Shown piece after piece: positions 28,292-37,776 of a stretch of 49,792 bases of DNA. The position numbers and the translations under genes were made by a program. The notes under the pieces were generated by a model. The model had not been told where the DNA came from. It saw only the letters and a program-made list of their open reading frames with translations, and did not search any database. The stretch lies in assembly GCA_025449535.1 (NCBI GenBank), contig JANWJF010000001.1, positions 369,344 to 419,135 of the forward strand. Direction: 5' to 3'. This DNA comes from Candidatus Saccharimonadia bacterium. GTDB lineage: Bacteria > Patescibacteriota > SICC01. Each line of letters starts with the position of its first letter. Position 1 is the stretch's first letter.

Positions 28292-29315
28292 GCCTGCCGC
28301 ACGCCGGAGCGGGAGCCGGTTCGCCAAGGCGGCCGGGATACTCGCCAGCGCCGCGATCATCCTCTTCGTCGTGGCCGCCGGTATCTGGTTCGCGTCGGCC
28401 GACTGGCGGGCGGACAAGGCCCAGGCCTACGACGTCGAGTCCCGTGAGTTACTGAAGCGGCGCGACGTCGACGGCGGCTACCAGCAGGCCCGTCTGGCAT
28501 ACGCGATCTCCCCGGAGCCGGACCGGGCGTTGTCGCTCGGCTCGCTGGCCTACCTCCGCGGCGATTACCAAGGCGCCCTGGACGCGTTCGGCCGTGCCGA
28601 CGGAAACTACGCGGCATTGGGCCGCGCGGCGGCCGGTGCGCAAGCGGACGAGGCGGCGTACGAGACGGCCCGGGACGAACTGGGCGAGCCGGAAGATACC
28701 GTCGTCCGGCTGGGACTCTCCCATGCCGCGGTCGATGCCGCCGACTTCCCGACCGCCAAACGGCTGAGCGAGGGCGCCCGGACGATCGTCGGGGCGTATC
28801 CGTTCGTGCTGGCCGAGTCGATCGAGAATCCCGACCGGACGGCCCGGGACCTGCGCGCCGTCGGACGGACGGTCCCGCAGGTCATCCACCCGGACCCCAC
28901 CGTAGCGGCGTTCCTCAACGAACTGACGGCCGTGCCGGCGGACGCCCGGACTGAGATCGGCGCGGCACTCCGGAACATGGCCGCCGCGGACGAGACGTTC
29001 AGCCGCCGGGTGATGCGCGGCAGCCTGTTGCTCGGACTGGACGAGTTCGCCGCGGCGCGGCGGATCGGCGTGACGGCCGCTGGCCGGCGGCCGGACTACC
29101 GCGACGCCTGGAACCTGCGGGCGGCATCCGACCTCGCGCTGCGGGAATACGATGATGCGCGCCGGGCCGTCGATATCTCCATCGAGCTCGATCCCGGCTT
29201 CGGGTACTCCTGGTACCTCAAGTCGCGCTTGGAGGAAGCCGGGGGCGACCGCAAGAAGGCGGACGAGTACCGCCTGCGCGCAAAGCTGCTTGGGTTTGTG
29301 CCGCCGGCCGGGTAG
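28200..29315 (+). CDS. Membrane-anchored TPR-repeat protein
   Basis: Basic N-terminus, one TM, TPR-like units (PDYRDAWNL.., AVDISIELDP..SWY). The start is uncertain: the only ATG before the TM lies 92 nt inside valS. Confidence 0.75.
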   Translation: MSKTRRNTSSPRRRPSSPKPKRPSPSSKRPEPAARRSGSRFAKAAGILASAAIILFVVAAGIWFASADWRADKAQAYDVESRELLKRRDVDGGYQQARLAYAISPEPDRALSLGSLAYLRGDYQGALDAFGRADGNYAALGRAAAGAQADEAAYETARDELGEPEDTVVRLGLSHAAVDAADFPTAKRLSEGARTIVGAYPFVLAESIENPDRTARDLRAVGRTVPQVIHPDPTVAAFLNELTAVPADARTEIGAALRNMAAADETFSRRVMRGSLLLGLDEFAAARRIGVTAAGRRPDYRDAWNLRAASDLALREYDDARRAVDISIELDPGFGYSWYLKSRLEEAGGDRKKADEYRLRAKLLGFVPPAG

Positions 29316-29334
29316 TGATTTGACTAAAACTACC

Positions 29335-29363
29335 TTGATTTAGCCAAAAAACAGCGTTATCCT
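29335..29363 (+). promoter_or_regulatory. Sigma-70 promoter for the two-gene membrane operon
   Basis: TTGATT-17 nt-TATCCT. Confidence 0.55.
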
Positions 29364-29386
29364 GATCGGCTCGGACCTTAACACCC

Positions 29387-29450
29387 GTTGGCTTCGTCCA
29401 CCGAGTCGCGAACGCCTCATGCGATCGTTTCTCGGTTATCCGAAGCCAAC
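29387..29450 (+). promoter_or_regulatory. Long 5'-UTR stem-loop
   Basis: GTTGGCTTCG/CGAAGCCAAC (10 bp), ACCGAG/CTCGGT and TCGC/GCGA; ends 9 nt before AAGGAG. Confidence 0.6.
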
Positions 29451-29465
29451 CCACTACCTAAGGAG

Positions 29466-30083
29466 ATGGTGCAGTTGAACGGCTTCGACGTACTCCAGAT
29501 CGCGGTGGGGCTCTGTGCCATCCCGATTGCCCTCCTCTTGAAGAAGTATGACCAGGAGAGAAGACGGGCGTCTCGCAAGCAACTCTCAAATGGTGAGCCA
29601 GAGGACCTTGTCTGGCTCGCGCTTGTCGTTTTCTCCTTGGCCATGGCGCTCGACTTCCTGGGGTCGCTCCCCGGTCTCGGGGTCGGTACCAAGACCGCGC
29701 TGGGCCAGGACGTCATCGAGCCGTTGAGCCACCTGGCGGTGGTCGCCGTGCTCGTCCTCGGGCTTTGGCGCTGCGACCAGATAGGAAGCCGCCTCGTGGT
29801 CTTCATGGCCGCACTCGGCTTGGTCGGATTCGTCTGCTCGACTTTCGTCGGGGAGGACACGACCGTGCGGCACCTGGCCAACGGCCTGATGCCTGCCTAC
29901 AACTGGCTCATCACTGCGGTCTGTGTCGTGGCAATCGTGCGCATAGCGTACGAGCACGATGAACAAATGCAGTCCATCGTGCTATTCGTCCTTGGCCTGC
30001 TGGCGTTGGCCGCCATGGCCGGCCAGCATGACCTGATCGTGCAGTGGGCAAACGGTAACGCCCACTACCCAGTCCTGGAGTAA
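29466..30083 (+). CDS. Hypothetical integral membrane protein (about 6 TM)
   Basis: Hydrophobic ORF with AAGGAG upstream; exact start (ATG 29466, GTG 29469 or TTG 29475) uncertain. Confidence 0.7.
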   Translation: MVQLNGFDVLQIAVGLCAIPIALLLKKYDQERRRASRKQLSNGEPEDLVWLALVVFSLAMALDFLGSLPGLGVGTKTALGQDVIEPLSHLAVVAVLVLGLWRCDQIGSRLVVFMAALGLVGFVCSTFVGEDTTVRHLANGLMPAYNWLITAVCVVAIVRIAYEHDEQMQSIVLFVLGLLALAAMAGQHDLIVQWANGNAHYPVLE

Positions 30084-30116
30084 CCAACCCTCAACCGCAG
30101 TCCGAAAGGAGAAGCG

Positions 30117-30776
30117 ATGACCGCTTCAGAAAAGATCGGCTGTCCCGAGTGGTTCCAGCTCTGGGACCACGGCCCGTTCGAGGCCGCGTGCATCGTGCTC
30201 GTCGCCTACATCGGGATCGTCAGCCTACTGATGTTCCACGAGGAAGCCCGGATGGGGCTGTTCGGCCGCAGCCGGTACCTCACGTTCCTGATCGGCGGTC
30301 TGTTCGCCTGGCCGGCCATCGCGTTCAACGCGGCGCTCGCCATCGAACACTCCGGCCCGCTGGACCGTCCGTTCACGGAGCCCCTGCTCCATATCGGCCT
30401 TCTGGCCGCCGGGGTGCTCGCCGCCCTGATCATGGAGGTCGCTCCGCTCAGGGACGGGACGTTCACGTGGCGACAGGAGTTCAGCCCGTCGAAGCTCTAC
30501 CACACGGTGGTCTTCGGGCCGCTCCTCTACGCGATCGTGCTCTCGCTGTGCATCACGTTCAGCGACCTGGGCAACGGCAGCCACACCTATACCACGGCGA
30601 TTTCGTCCGCGTTGGCGTTGGTCTTCTTCGCCTTCGTGGCCGCCAAGGACCGTGCGGTCTACTGGACCAAAAACAAAGCCGACCCCCACGTCGAGTGGTA
30701 CGCCACTCGCTGGAACGGAGAGCCTCGTTACGTCGAGCGTGACAAGCGCGGCCTCCGAGGAGGTGCCGTTACCTGA
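30117..30776 (+). CDS. Hypothetical integral membrane protein (about 5 TM)
   Basis: GAAAGGAG SD 5 nt upstream; hydrophobic helices with His/Tyr (LLHIG, LYHTVV). Confidence 0.75.
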   Translation: MTASEKIGCPEWFQLWDHGPFEAACIVLVAYIGIVSLLMFHEEARMGLFGRSRYLTFLIGGLFAWPAIAFNAALAIEHSGPLDRPFTEPLLHIGLLAAGVLAALIMEVAPLRDGTFTWRQEFSPSKLYHTVVFGPLLYAIVLSLCITFSDLGNGSHTYTTAISSALALVFFAFVAAKDRAVYWTKNKADPHVEWYATRWNGEPRYVERDKRGLRGGAVT

Positions 30777-30786
30777 ACAACCAAGT

Positions 30787-30880
30787 CCGACATCCGAGCG
30801 TCGGCACCCGCCCCGCCAGCAAACCGGCTGGCGGGATCCCGCCCCCTGAGATTTCATCAATTACGAAATCGAAGGGGGCG
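30787..30880. terminator. Three tandem hairpins between convergent genes (terminator/REP-like)
   Basis: CCGAC/GTCGG; CCCGCCAGC/GCTGGCGGG; CGCCCCCT-GATTTC/GAAATC-AGGGGGCG. No U-tract. Confidence 0.45.
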
Positions 30881-30905
30881 CCTGCATATCTGGAACCCAA
30901 GTCGT

Positions 30906-31451
30906 TCAGCTTGCGGCTGGGCGGACCATCTTCAGTTCTCGCCCAATCAGTTTGTGGCTCTTTTCTTCAGTCGTCATCACGAATCCTACCTTTCGGTAAA
31001 ACCGTATGGCGCGTGCGTTATACGCTGCGACCCATACGTCTACATTCCTAGCGTCATCCAGTTGCTCAATCGCTTTCTCAACCAGCTGCTTTCCGATATT
31101 CAATTTCAGTTCCGGACCGTTCAGGTAGTCGGGATGCACATACAAAGCGTTGATTTCGTTATCGGACGGCGTGACATAAATAAACCCAACAACACGATCT
31201 CCGTCCTTTGCTATCCAACTTTTTCCGTTATCCCAATTGCGCTGTCGCTTTTCAATCGCGTCCGGATGATCAAAGTGTTGCGTATACTCCCAGATTGCTT
31301 CCTTTGAAATTCCGTTTTCTTCGTTGGGGTAGGTATCGCGCCAGCTCGCTTTGCGAACTTGGGCTATGCCCGGGACATCCGCCGCGGTTGCTTCCGCTAT
31401 CTGAATTCCACTTTCCGGTGTCTCCGGCTTCATGTCGGTTTCCGTATCCAT
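30906..31451 (-). CDS. GNAT N-acetyltransferase
   Basis: DVPGIAQV..SWRDTY, VVGFI, ALYVHPDY...IGKQL, VAAYNARAIRFYRKVGF; lower GC than the flanks. Confidence 0.9.
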   Translation of the reverse strand: MDTETDMKPETPESGIQIAEATAADVPGIAQVRKASWRDTYPNEENGISKEAIWEYTQHFDHPDAIEKRQRNWDNGKSWIAKDGDRVVGFIYVTPSDNEINALYVHPDYLNGPELKLNIGKQLVEKAIEQLDDARNVDVWVAAYNARAIRFYRKVGFVMTTEEKSHKLIGRELKMVRPAAS

Positions 31452-31455
31452 TTTC

Positions 31456-32898
31456 TTACCTGAAACCGAACAACGTGGAACGCAGGCCTGGCTCGTCCGC
31501 CGGCGAGTAGGCGTTAAAGACGCCTTTGAACCGCGGGCCGGAGACCGTCTTGGTACCGCCCGACCCGACGACTTGTACGGAGGTCACCCGGCCGGACACG
31601 CCGCGGCCGATGATCCGGATCGTCTCGAGCCGACCCACGTTGGTCCGGGCGTCCTGGTTCAGGATCGCCTGCATCTGATTGCGGGAATAGGACTTCGACT
31701 CCCAGTACCAATGCGGCGAGTCGGTTTCCCACGGGCTCGAAACGCCCCGGAGCCAACCCAGCGGCGTGCCGCCCCAGACGTTCTCGTTGTTCTCCGTCCA
31801 GCCGCCGGACGTCGAGTGGTAGTAGGCCGCGATCACCGAACCGTCATGGCTCAGGACCTGGCCGCTGGTGGCGCGGACCGCTTCCCGGGCCCGGGCGGAT
31901 CCGGACCCGCAGGCCTGCGTCCGCGGCGAGCAGTCCTGGTTGCCACGGTTCCGGTAGGCGTAGCTGCGGGCCGCGACGGCCTGGGCCTTCAGCGCTTCCA
32001 TCGGCCAGCTGGACGGCATCTCCCCGGCCACGACCCGGGCCACGTACTCCTCGGAGCTGCCCATGTTCGTGGAGAAGGTCCCGGCTTTGATGATCCGGCT
32101 GCCTTGGTAATAGTGCGCAAGGATGTCGCGGTAGTCCCGGCCATGCTGGGCCGCGCCCTTCGCGCCGTACTGGCTCATGCCGAGACCGTGTTCCGTACCG
32201 CCGCCGGCCAAGGCGAACCGGTCGCCGACCGGCTGATTCCGTTTGATGAAGTCACGGTCGTTCTCGTTCTCGAACCCAGTGCGTTCAGCCAACGCCCGCT
32301 CCCGGGCTTCGGCCTCCCCCAGCTTGTCGCCGTTGGCCTCAAGCTGCAGCTTGAGCAACGCAATCCGGTCCTCCAGGTCCTTGATCTCCGATTCCAAGGC
32401 GTTCTGATCGGTGACCAAGTCGCGGCGCTGGCCGTCGAGCCCGGCGATCTCGCCGTCCAGCCGGTCGACCAGGTCCTCTTTCCGATCGATCAGGAAAGTC
32501 GTGTACTGCCCGCGACGCAGGAACTCGCTGAGTGACCCGGAGTCGACCAACGCGTAGAGAAGGTTCCCGTTGTCGGAAGAGACGTATGCCTCCTCCATCG
32601 CCTCGCCGCGCTGGTACTTCAGGTCGACCAGCTTGGCATTGATCGCCTCCAGCTTGCGGTTGCTGGCCTCGACTACCTCCGTCTGCTTCCGGAGCCGGGC
32701 TTCCGCCAGCTTGATGTCATCCTTGGAAACCGCTTGTTCCTCTACCAAGCGGTTCTGTTGGTTCTTGTAGAAGGCGGTTTCCGCGCGCGCCTTGTCGAGC
32801 TCGCCGTCCTCGGCCGACGCCGATGGAATCACCAAGCCGGCTCCCATCAGGGAGCAGAGCGCGACGGTAAAAGCGGTTTTGCGGAGCGTTTGTTTCAC
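31456..32898 (-). CDS. SpoIID/LytB-domain peptidoglycan hydrolase with N-terminal coiled coil
   Basis: Signal peptide, PcsB-like coiled coil, HGLGMSQYGAKG, EMPSSWPMEALKAQAVAARSY, YHSTSGG.TE. Confidence 0.9.
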   Translation of the reverse strand: MKQTLRKTAFTVALCSLMGAGLVIPSASAEDGELDKARAETAFYKNQQNRLVEEQAVSKDDIKLAEARLRKQTEVVEASNRKLEAINAKLVDLKYQRGEAMEEAYVSSDNGNLLYALVDSGSLSEFLRRGQYTTFLIDRKEDLVDRLDGEIAGLDGQRRDLVTDQNALESEIKDLEDRIALLKLQLEANGDKLGEAEARERALAERTGFENENDRDFIKRNQPVGDRFALAGGGTEHGLGMSQYGAKGAAQHGRDYRDILAHYYQGSRIIKAGTFSTNMGSSEEYVARVVAGEMPSSWPMEALKAQAVAARSYAYRNRGNQDCSPRTQACGSGSARAREAVRATSGQVLSHDGSVIAAYYHSTSGGWTENNENVWGGTPLGWLRGVSSPWETDSPHWYWESKSYSRNQMQAILNQDARTNVGRLETIRIIGRGVSGRVTSVQVVGSGGTKTVSGPRFKGVFNAYSPADEPGLRSTLFGFR

Positions 32899-32911
32899 GG
32901 CGGCCGGTGGG

Positions 32912-34831
32912 TCAGATGTCGCGAGCGACCCGCCAGACCTCGTCGACCGTGGTGACCCCGGTCAGGGCCTTAAGCAAGCCGTCCTGTTCCATCGTCATCA
33001 TACCCGCCTGCCGGGCGGCATGCCTGATCTGGCTGACCGGCACGCGGTTCATGGCCAGGCGTTCCAGTTCCTCGTTGATCGTCAGTACCTCGAAGATTCC
33101 GATCCGACCCGCGAAACCGGTGCCGTTGCAGCGGACGCAGCCCTTGCCCTTCATGAAGAGCCATTCTTTTTCCGGCGGCAGGCTGTCCTTACTCAGCTTG
33201 GGGAGGTCCTTGAGCACCCGCCGGATCGCCTCCATCGCCGTGGCGTCCGGCTTGGTCTCCTCCGCGCAATGCGGACAGACCTTCCGTACCAGGCGTTGGG
33301 CGATGACCGCGTTGATCGCGTTGGCGAGCAGGAACGGGCGCACCCCCAGGTCCACCAATCGCGGAATCGCCGTCGGGGCGTCGTTGGTATGAAGCGTCGA
33401 GAGCACGATATGGCCCGTCATCGAGGCCTGCACCGCCTGATCGGCGGTGTTCTGGTCGCGGATCTCGCCGATCATCAGGACGTCCGGGTCGAGCCGCAGT
33501 ACGGACCGGAATCCCTCGGCGAAGTCGTACCCGTGCTCGGGGTCAATCTGCGACTGGGTCACGCCGGGCAACCGGTACTCGACCGGGTCCTCCAGCGTGA
33601 CTAGTTTCTTCTGCGGGTCGTTGAGCCGGGTCAGCAGCGAATACAGGGTGGTCGTCTTTCCGGAGCCGGTCGGCCCGCACTCGAGCACCAGCCCCTGCGG
33701 CCGGTCGATCGCGGCCAGCACGAGCTTCCGGGCCTCGCCGGTAAGGCCGAGGGAGTCCAGGCCGATTTTCACGGAATCCCGGGAGAGGAGCCGCATGGTG
33801 ACGGCCTCGCCGTATTGCGAGGGCATCGTCGCCACCCGGATGTCGATATCGCGCTTCCGGTCGCCGTCTCCTTCGCTGACGGTGAAGCGGCCGTCCTGCG
33901 GCAAATGGTTCACGTCGAGCTTGAGCTTCCCGAGGAACTTCAGTCGCGAGAGCAGGCTGGCCAAGACGTCCGCCTTAAAGTCGGCGACGGTGTGCAGGAC
34001 GCCGTCCATCCGATAGCGGACCCGGACGCCATCCTCGGCAGGCTCGATGTGCACGTCGGAGGCACCGACCTTCACCGCGCCGCTGAGCAGCGTATCCACC
34101 ACCTTGGTGGTCGGCACGTCGGTGATCTTCGACTTGAGGTCGAGGAAGGACTTGATGTCCGTCTCGAACGATTCTTTTTCCTCGTCACTGACGGAGACGT
34201 CGGAGGCCGACTTCACCGCCTGCGGCAGCTCGTCATAGAGTTGCATCGCGTACCGGAAGGAATCCTCGCCGATGCCCGAGATTAGGTAATCGTACGGCGT
34301 GGAGCGGCCCAGGGAATCCAGCGCCTGGTCGGTCTGCTTGACGCCGGGCTTGAGCACGCCGAGCCGGACCTTGTTGCCGGCCTTGATGTACGCGATGATC
34401 CCGTACCGCTCGGCGATCTCACGGGGGATGATCGCCAGCACCTCGGGACTGATCGGGTAGCCCATCAGCCGCACGAACGGCAGATGGGCCTTCTTGGCGG
34501 CCTCGCGCTGCCGTTCCTCGGCCTTCTCCGCCTTGAGCTGGTCGACGACCTTGCCCACGTCACCGCGGGAGAAGAAGTCGACATCTTCCTCGACCTTAGG
34601 CGCCCGCTTGTCGGCCGCGCCGACGCTCTGCACCACCTCCCGGTCGTCCTTCATCGAAGGCGTCATCGTATGCAGCTTCTTCCGCTGCCGCTCCTCGTTC
34701 TCGTTCAACTCCTGACTGACGTCCTGGTTTCCCATGGGGTTGGACGGCGCCGGCTTGTCGGAACCGAGGTCCTTGCGGACGAAGTCAGCCAGCTTGGCGC
34801 GTTCCCGTGATGTGAGGTTGTCGTTGGCCAT
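32912..34831 (-). CDS. pilB: Type IV pilus / T2SS assembly ATPase (PilB/GspE)
   Basis: ASDVHIEP, PQDGRF, GPTGSGKTTTLY, TLEDPVEY, LRLDPDVLMIGEIRD, TGHIVLSTLHTN, tetracysteine motif. Confidence 0.93.
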   Translation of the reverse strand: MANDNLTSRERAKLADFVRKDLGSDKPAPSNPMGNQDVSQELNENEERQRKKLHTMTPSMKDDREVVQSVGAADKRAPKVEEDVDFFSRGDVGKVVDQLKAEKAEERQREAAKKAHLPFVRLMGYPISPEVLAIIPREIAERYGIIAYIKAGNKVRLGVLKPGVKQTDQALDSLGRSTPYDYLISGIGEDSFRYAMQLYDELPQAVKSASDVSVSDEEKESFETDIKSFLDLKSKITDVPTTKVVDTLLSGAVKVGASDVHIEPAEDGVRVRYRMDGVLHTVADFKADVLASLLSRLKFLGKLKLDVNHLPQDGRFTVSEGDGDRKRDIDIRVATMPSQYGEAVTMRLLSRDSVKIGLDSLGLTGEARKLVLAAIDRPQGLVLECGPTGSGKTTTLYSLLTRLNDPQKKLVTLEDPVEYRLPGVTQSQIDPEHGYDFAEGFRSVLRLDPDVLMIGEIRDQNTADQAVQASMTGHIVLSTLHTNDAPTAIPRLVDLGVRPFLLANAINAVIAQRLVRKVCPHCAEETKPDATAMEAIRRVLKDLPKLSKDSLPPEKEWLFMKGKGCVRCNGTGFAGRIGIFEVLTINEELERLAMNRVPVSQIRHAARQAGMMTMEQDGLLKALTGVTTVDEVWRVARDI

Positions 34832-34853
34832 AGTGTTTCTGAGAAATTACGTA

Positions 34854-34882
34854 ACCATAACACTTTTACGTGTTTTTGTCAA
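34854..34882 (-). promoter_or_regulatory. Sigma-70 promoter for pilB
   Basis: TTGACA-17 nt (ending AAAAGTGT)-TATGGT. Confidence 0.7.
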
Positions 34883-34944
34883 TGCGCATGGCGGCGGGCG
34901 CTTGGCGTAGTAAAAAGCGCGATCCATCCCGAGGCGGCCGAGGA

Positions 34945-34973
34945 TTGACAGAGGGGCTCAAAAGTGTTACCAT
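34945..34973 (+). promoter_or_regulatory. Sigma-70 promoter for the surface protein gene
   Basis: TTGACA-17 nt (ending AAAAGTGT)-TACCAT. Confidence 0.75.
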
Positions 34974-34985
34974 TAAGCAATTTTT

Positions 34986-36272
34986 ATGAATACCCCCGAC
35001 AACGACACCGATCGTCAGGCGGCCGAGGAACAGGCCGCCGCCTACGGCGACGCCGTCGCGTACCACGAGGAAGCGCCGGTCGGCGACGAGGACAACGCCA
35101 ACGTCGAGATGCCGAAGCAAGCGGCGCCGCACCGGTTACTCCGTCCCCGGAACCTCATCGTGGCCGCGGTGGCGCTCGTCCTGGCGGGCGCCGCGGTGGC
35201 GGCTTGGTTCCTGATCCTCCGCCCGACCCCCGAGAAGATCCTCGGTGAGATGTTCCAGCGCATGGAGAGCGTGAAGGCGTTCGAGTACGACCTCGACGTG
35301 AAGGGCGAGTACCGCCAGGACGGAAAGGCTTCCGTCTCTGAGGCGCTGATCGGCCAGGCCCAAGCGGCCGGCAAAAGCGGGAACTTCGACCTCTCCCTGC
35401 AAGGGATCTACGACTACCGCGACGCCAGCGAGCCCCAGGTCTCGTTGAGAGCCGAGGGCTCGGCGTCCGACGGCGGGAAGACCTACGACGGCGCGTTGGA
35501 GCTGCGGTACGTCGGCAAGACCGCCTACCTGCAGCTGGCCAACTCCCCGGACGAATTCAAGCAATACACGAAGCCGTTCCTCGGCCAGTGGCTGATGTTC
35601 GGTGAGAACGAGGTGAACCAAGGCAAGGAGCTCACCACGCAGGAAGGCCCGACGATCGACGACAAGGACGCGCAGGAGATCGCGCGGATGCTGCTCGATA
35701 CCGGCGCGGTCCGCCTGACCTACGATGGCGGTGACACGATCGACGGAGACGCCGTCGACATCGTCGGCTACGAGATCGACAAGGACGGCCTCAAGGAAGC
35801 GATGCCGAAGATCTACCGGATCGTGGAGGACGAGGACATGCCGAAGGAAGAGCGGAAGTCGTTCGACGACAACCTGGAGATGGTCGAGTTCGAGCCGGGG
35901 CGGATCGCCGTCGACAAGAAGACGAAGCTGCTCCGGGAATTGACCGTCAAGTTCGGCGGGACCGAGAACGACGTCAGCACGACCGTCTCGACGACGCTCA
36001 AGTTGAAGAACTTCGACGACCAGGTCGGCAAGGTCGAGGTGCCCAAGGGAGCACTGACCTTCGAGGAAATGGCCGCGCGCCTGTCCAATGACGACGACCG
36101 CGACGACCTGCCCTACATGCAGGAGCTGCTGTTCGGCGCCGATCCCGGCAAGCGGGACACGGACGGCGACTCGTTCCCCGACGGAGCTGAGGTCAAGGGC
36201 GGATACGATCCGGCGGGACCGGGACGGCTCCAGAACAGTTGGCTCGGCTCATCAGGCCTCTTCGGCGTCTGA
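34986..36272 (+). CDS. Membrane-anchored surface protein with LolA/LppX-like beta domain and C-terminal TSP3-type Ca-binding motif
   Basis: Acidic N-terminus, one TM, beta-rich body, DDDRDDLP..E...GADP..RDTDGDSFPDGAEVKGGYDP. Confidence 0.8.
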   Translation: MNTPDNDTDRQAAEEQAAAYGDAVAYHEEAPVGDEDNANVEMPKQAAPHRLLRPRNLIVAAVALVLAGAAVAAWFLILRPTPEKILGEMFQRMESVKAFEYDLDVKGEYRQDGKASVSEALIGQAQAAGKSGNFDLSLQGIYDYRDASEPQVSLRAEGSASDGGKTYDGALELRYVGKTAYLQLANSPDEFKQYTKPFLGQWLMFGENEVNQGKELTTQEGPTIDDKDAQEIARMLLDTGAVRLTYDGGDTIDGDAVDIVGYEIDKDGLKEAMPKIYRIVEDEDMPKEERKSFDDNLEMVEFEPGRIAVDKKTKLLRELTVKFGGTENDVSTTVSTTLKLKNFDDQVGKVEVPKGALTFEEMAARLSNDDDRDDLPYMQELLFGADPGKRDTDGDSFPDGAEVKGGYDPAGPGRLQNSWLGSSGLFGV

Positions 36273-36288
36273 GGTAAGGTATAGGCAC

Positions 36289-36375
36289 GGAGGGGTGGCT
36301 GAGCGGTCGAAAGCACCGGTCTTGAAAACCGGCAGGCCCGCAAGGGTCTCGGGGGTTCGAATCCCTCCCCCTCCG
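36289..36375 (+). tRNA. tRNA-Ser(UGA)
   Basis: GGAGGGG acceptor, anticodon arm CCGGT-CTTGAAA-ACCGG, long variable arm, GTTCGAATC, discriminator G, no CCA. Confidence 0.97.
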
Positions 36376-36379
36376 CAGC

Positions 36380-37588
36380 TCAGCAGTCGATCAAACGGGT
36401 AGCACGGTCACGAGCCCGGGTCTTCTCGACCAATGCCTTGGTGAGTTCTGCTACGCCCTCGTATGCCCGGGCGAAGTCCGTCCGGCTGACCCGCTGTGAC
36501 CCGCCGCGCTTCACGTCCGACAGCATGGCATACGGACTGCGGGCATCGATGGGATGGACCGGACGTTTCCAGTAAGCCGCCATCGGGATAACGGCCAGTG
36601 ACTCCCGGTTCGCCACGGCGCGGACCTTGATCCGCATCGTGAAGTCATACTCGGCGTGGTTCGGACTCTTCAAGGGCTTCGACGGCACGTACTCCTCCAC
36701 GATGAACGGACACCGCTCCGAACGGAACCACCGCATATACGGAGCGGCTTGGTGCTTCGGCGGGATCCTGTTGACGAACAGCGTTTCCATCAACGGCTGG
36801 AAGGTTTCTCGCGACACCGGCGTGACTCCCGAATTCTGCCCGAAGTGCGTCGGTTTGATCACAAGCGTGTCGATCCCTTCGGAATCGGCGAGAATTTCCT
36901 CGATCGCCCTTCTGACATCAGTATTGTAGAACGTCCAGGCCCGGGGTCGCAGATGCTCCAGTCCGGCCGCTTCGCAGAAGTCGCTGAAAGCGTCCTTGCG
37001 GTCTATCAGGAATCGTACCGCGCCCGGGTTCATCACCACGACTTGGTCCGGGTCGCCGTACCGCACGTGATCCTGCACGCCGTGGTGCCAGATCACGACC
37101 GGCACTTCGGACAGGTCGGCGAACTGGAAGTCCCCGGACTCCCCGAATCCAGGATCGCGCTGCATCTGTTGCGCCTGCAACTCCACCGCCCAGGGCACGA
37201 AGAACCCTTCGGGAACCTTTCGGCACTGGTCGTCCATACCGAGCACCCACGGTCGCCCGGGTCCTATCCGCGGGTGTTCGATGTGCGATTCCATCGGCAT
37301 CTGCGGCACGCCAATCGCCCGATCAAGCTCGTAGGCCCGCTCCGCGATGACGCGCTCGCCCTTCGGGTACCCCCTGTAGCCAGACGTCGTGCCGTTGAGC
37401 TCGAGCAGCTTCGGAGGCCCTTCGGCCGGCAGCTTGAGGTCCACCGACAGGCTCAGCATCGTCGGGTCGCAGGACTCGATGCGCTCCACCGTGGGCGCGA
37501 TCCCGTGGTATTCATACCGCTCCAGGTACGCGGTGAGTTCATCATTGAACTGACCGTCCGGCCGCGTTTCCTGTGCGCGTTCAGGCAT
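36380..37588 (-). CDS. Orphan ATP-grasp-like ligase, circularly permuted
   Basis: SVDLK...LLELNG near the N-terminus; DRKDAF, RPRAW, VIKPTHFGQNSGV, IVEEYVPS, YDFTMR. Confidence 0.7.
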   Translation of the reverse strand: MPERAQETRPDGQFNDELTAYLERYEYHGIAPTVERIESCDPTMLSLSVDLKLPAEGPPKLLELNGTTSGYRGYPKGERVIAERAYELDRAIGVPQMPMESHIEHPRIGPGRPWVLGMDDQCRKVPEGFFVPWAVELQAQQMQRDPGFGESGDFQFADLSEVPVVIWHHGVQDHVRYGDPDQVVVMNPGAVRFLIDRKDAFSDFCEAAGLEHLRPRAWTFYNTDVRRAIEEILADSEGIDTLVIKPTHFGQNSGVTPVSRETFQPLMETLFVNRIPPKHQAAPYMRWFRSERCPFIVEEYVPSKPLKSPNHAEYDFTMRIKVRAVANRESLAVIPMAAYWKRPVHPIDARSPYAMLSDVKRGGSQRVSRTDFARAYEGVAELTKALVEKTRARDRATRLIDC

Positions 37589-37682
37589 AACCGGAAATCA
37601 TACTGTCCTTGGCTGGACCGGACAACCGTTTGGGCGCGTCTCCGAGGACCGCTAAACTAAAGACGCGTTACCATCGCGACAC

Positions 37683-37772
37683 GGAGAGGTACCCAAGTGG
37701 CTTAAGGGGCGGGATTGCTAATCCTGTAGGTCGGCATCAGTCGGCGCGTGGGTTCGAATCCCACCCTCTCCG
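37683..37772 (+). tRNA. tRNA-Ser(GCU)
   Basis: GGAGAGG acceptor, CGGGA-TTGCTAA-TCCTG, long variable arm, GTTCGAATC, no CCA. Confidence 0.96.
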
Positions 37773-37776
37773 CAGC

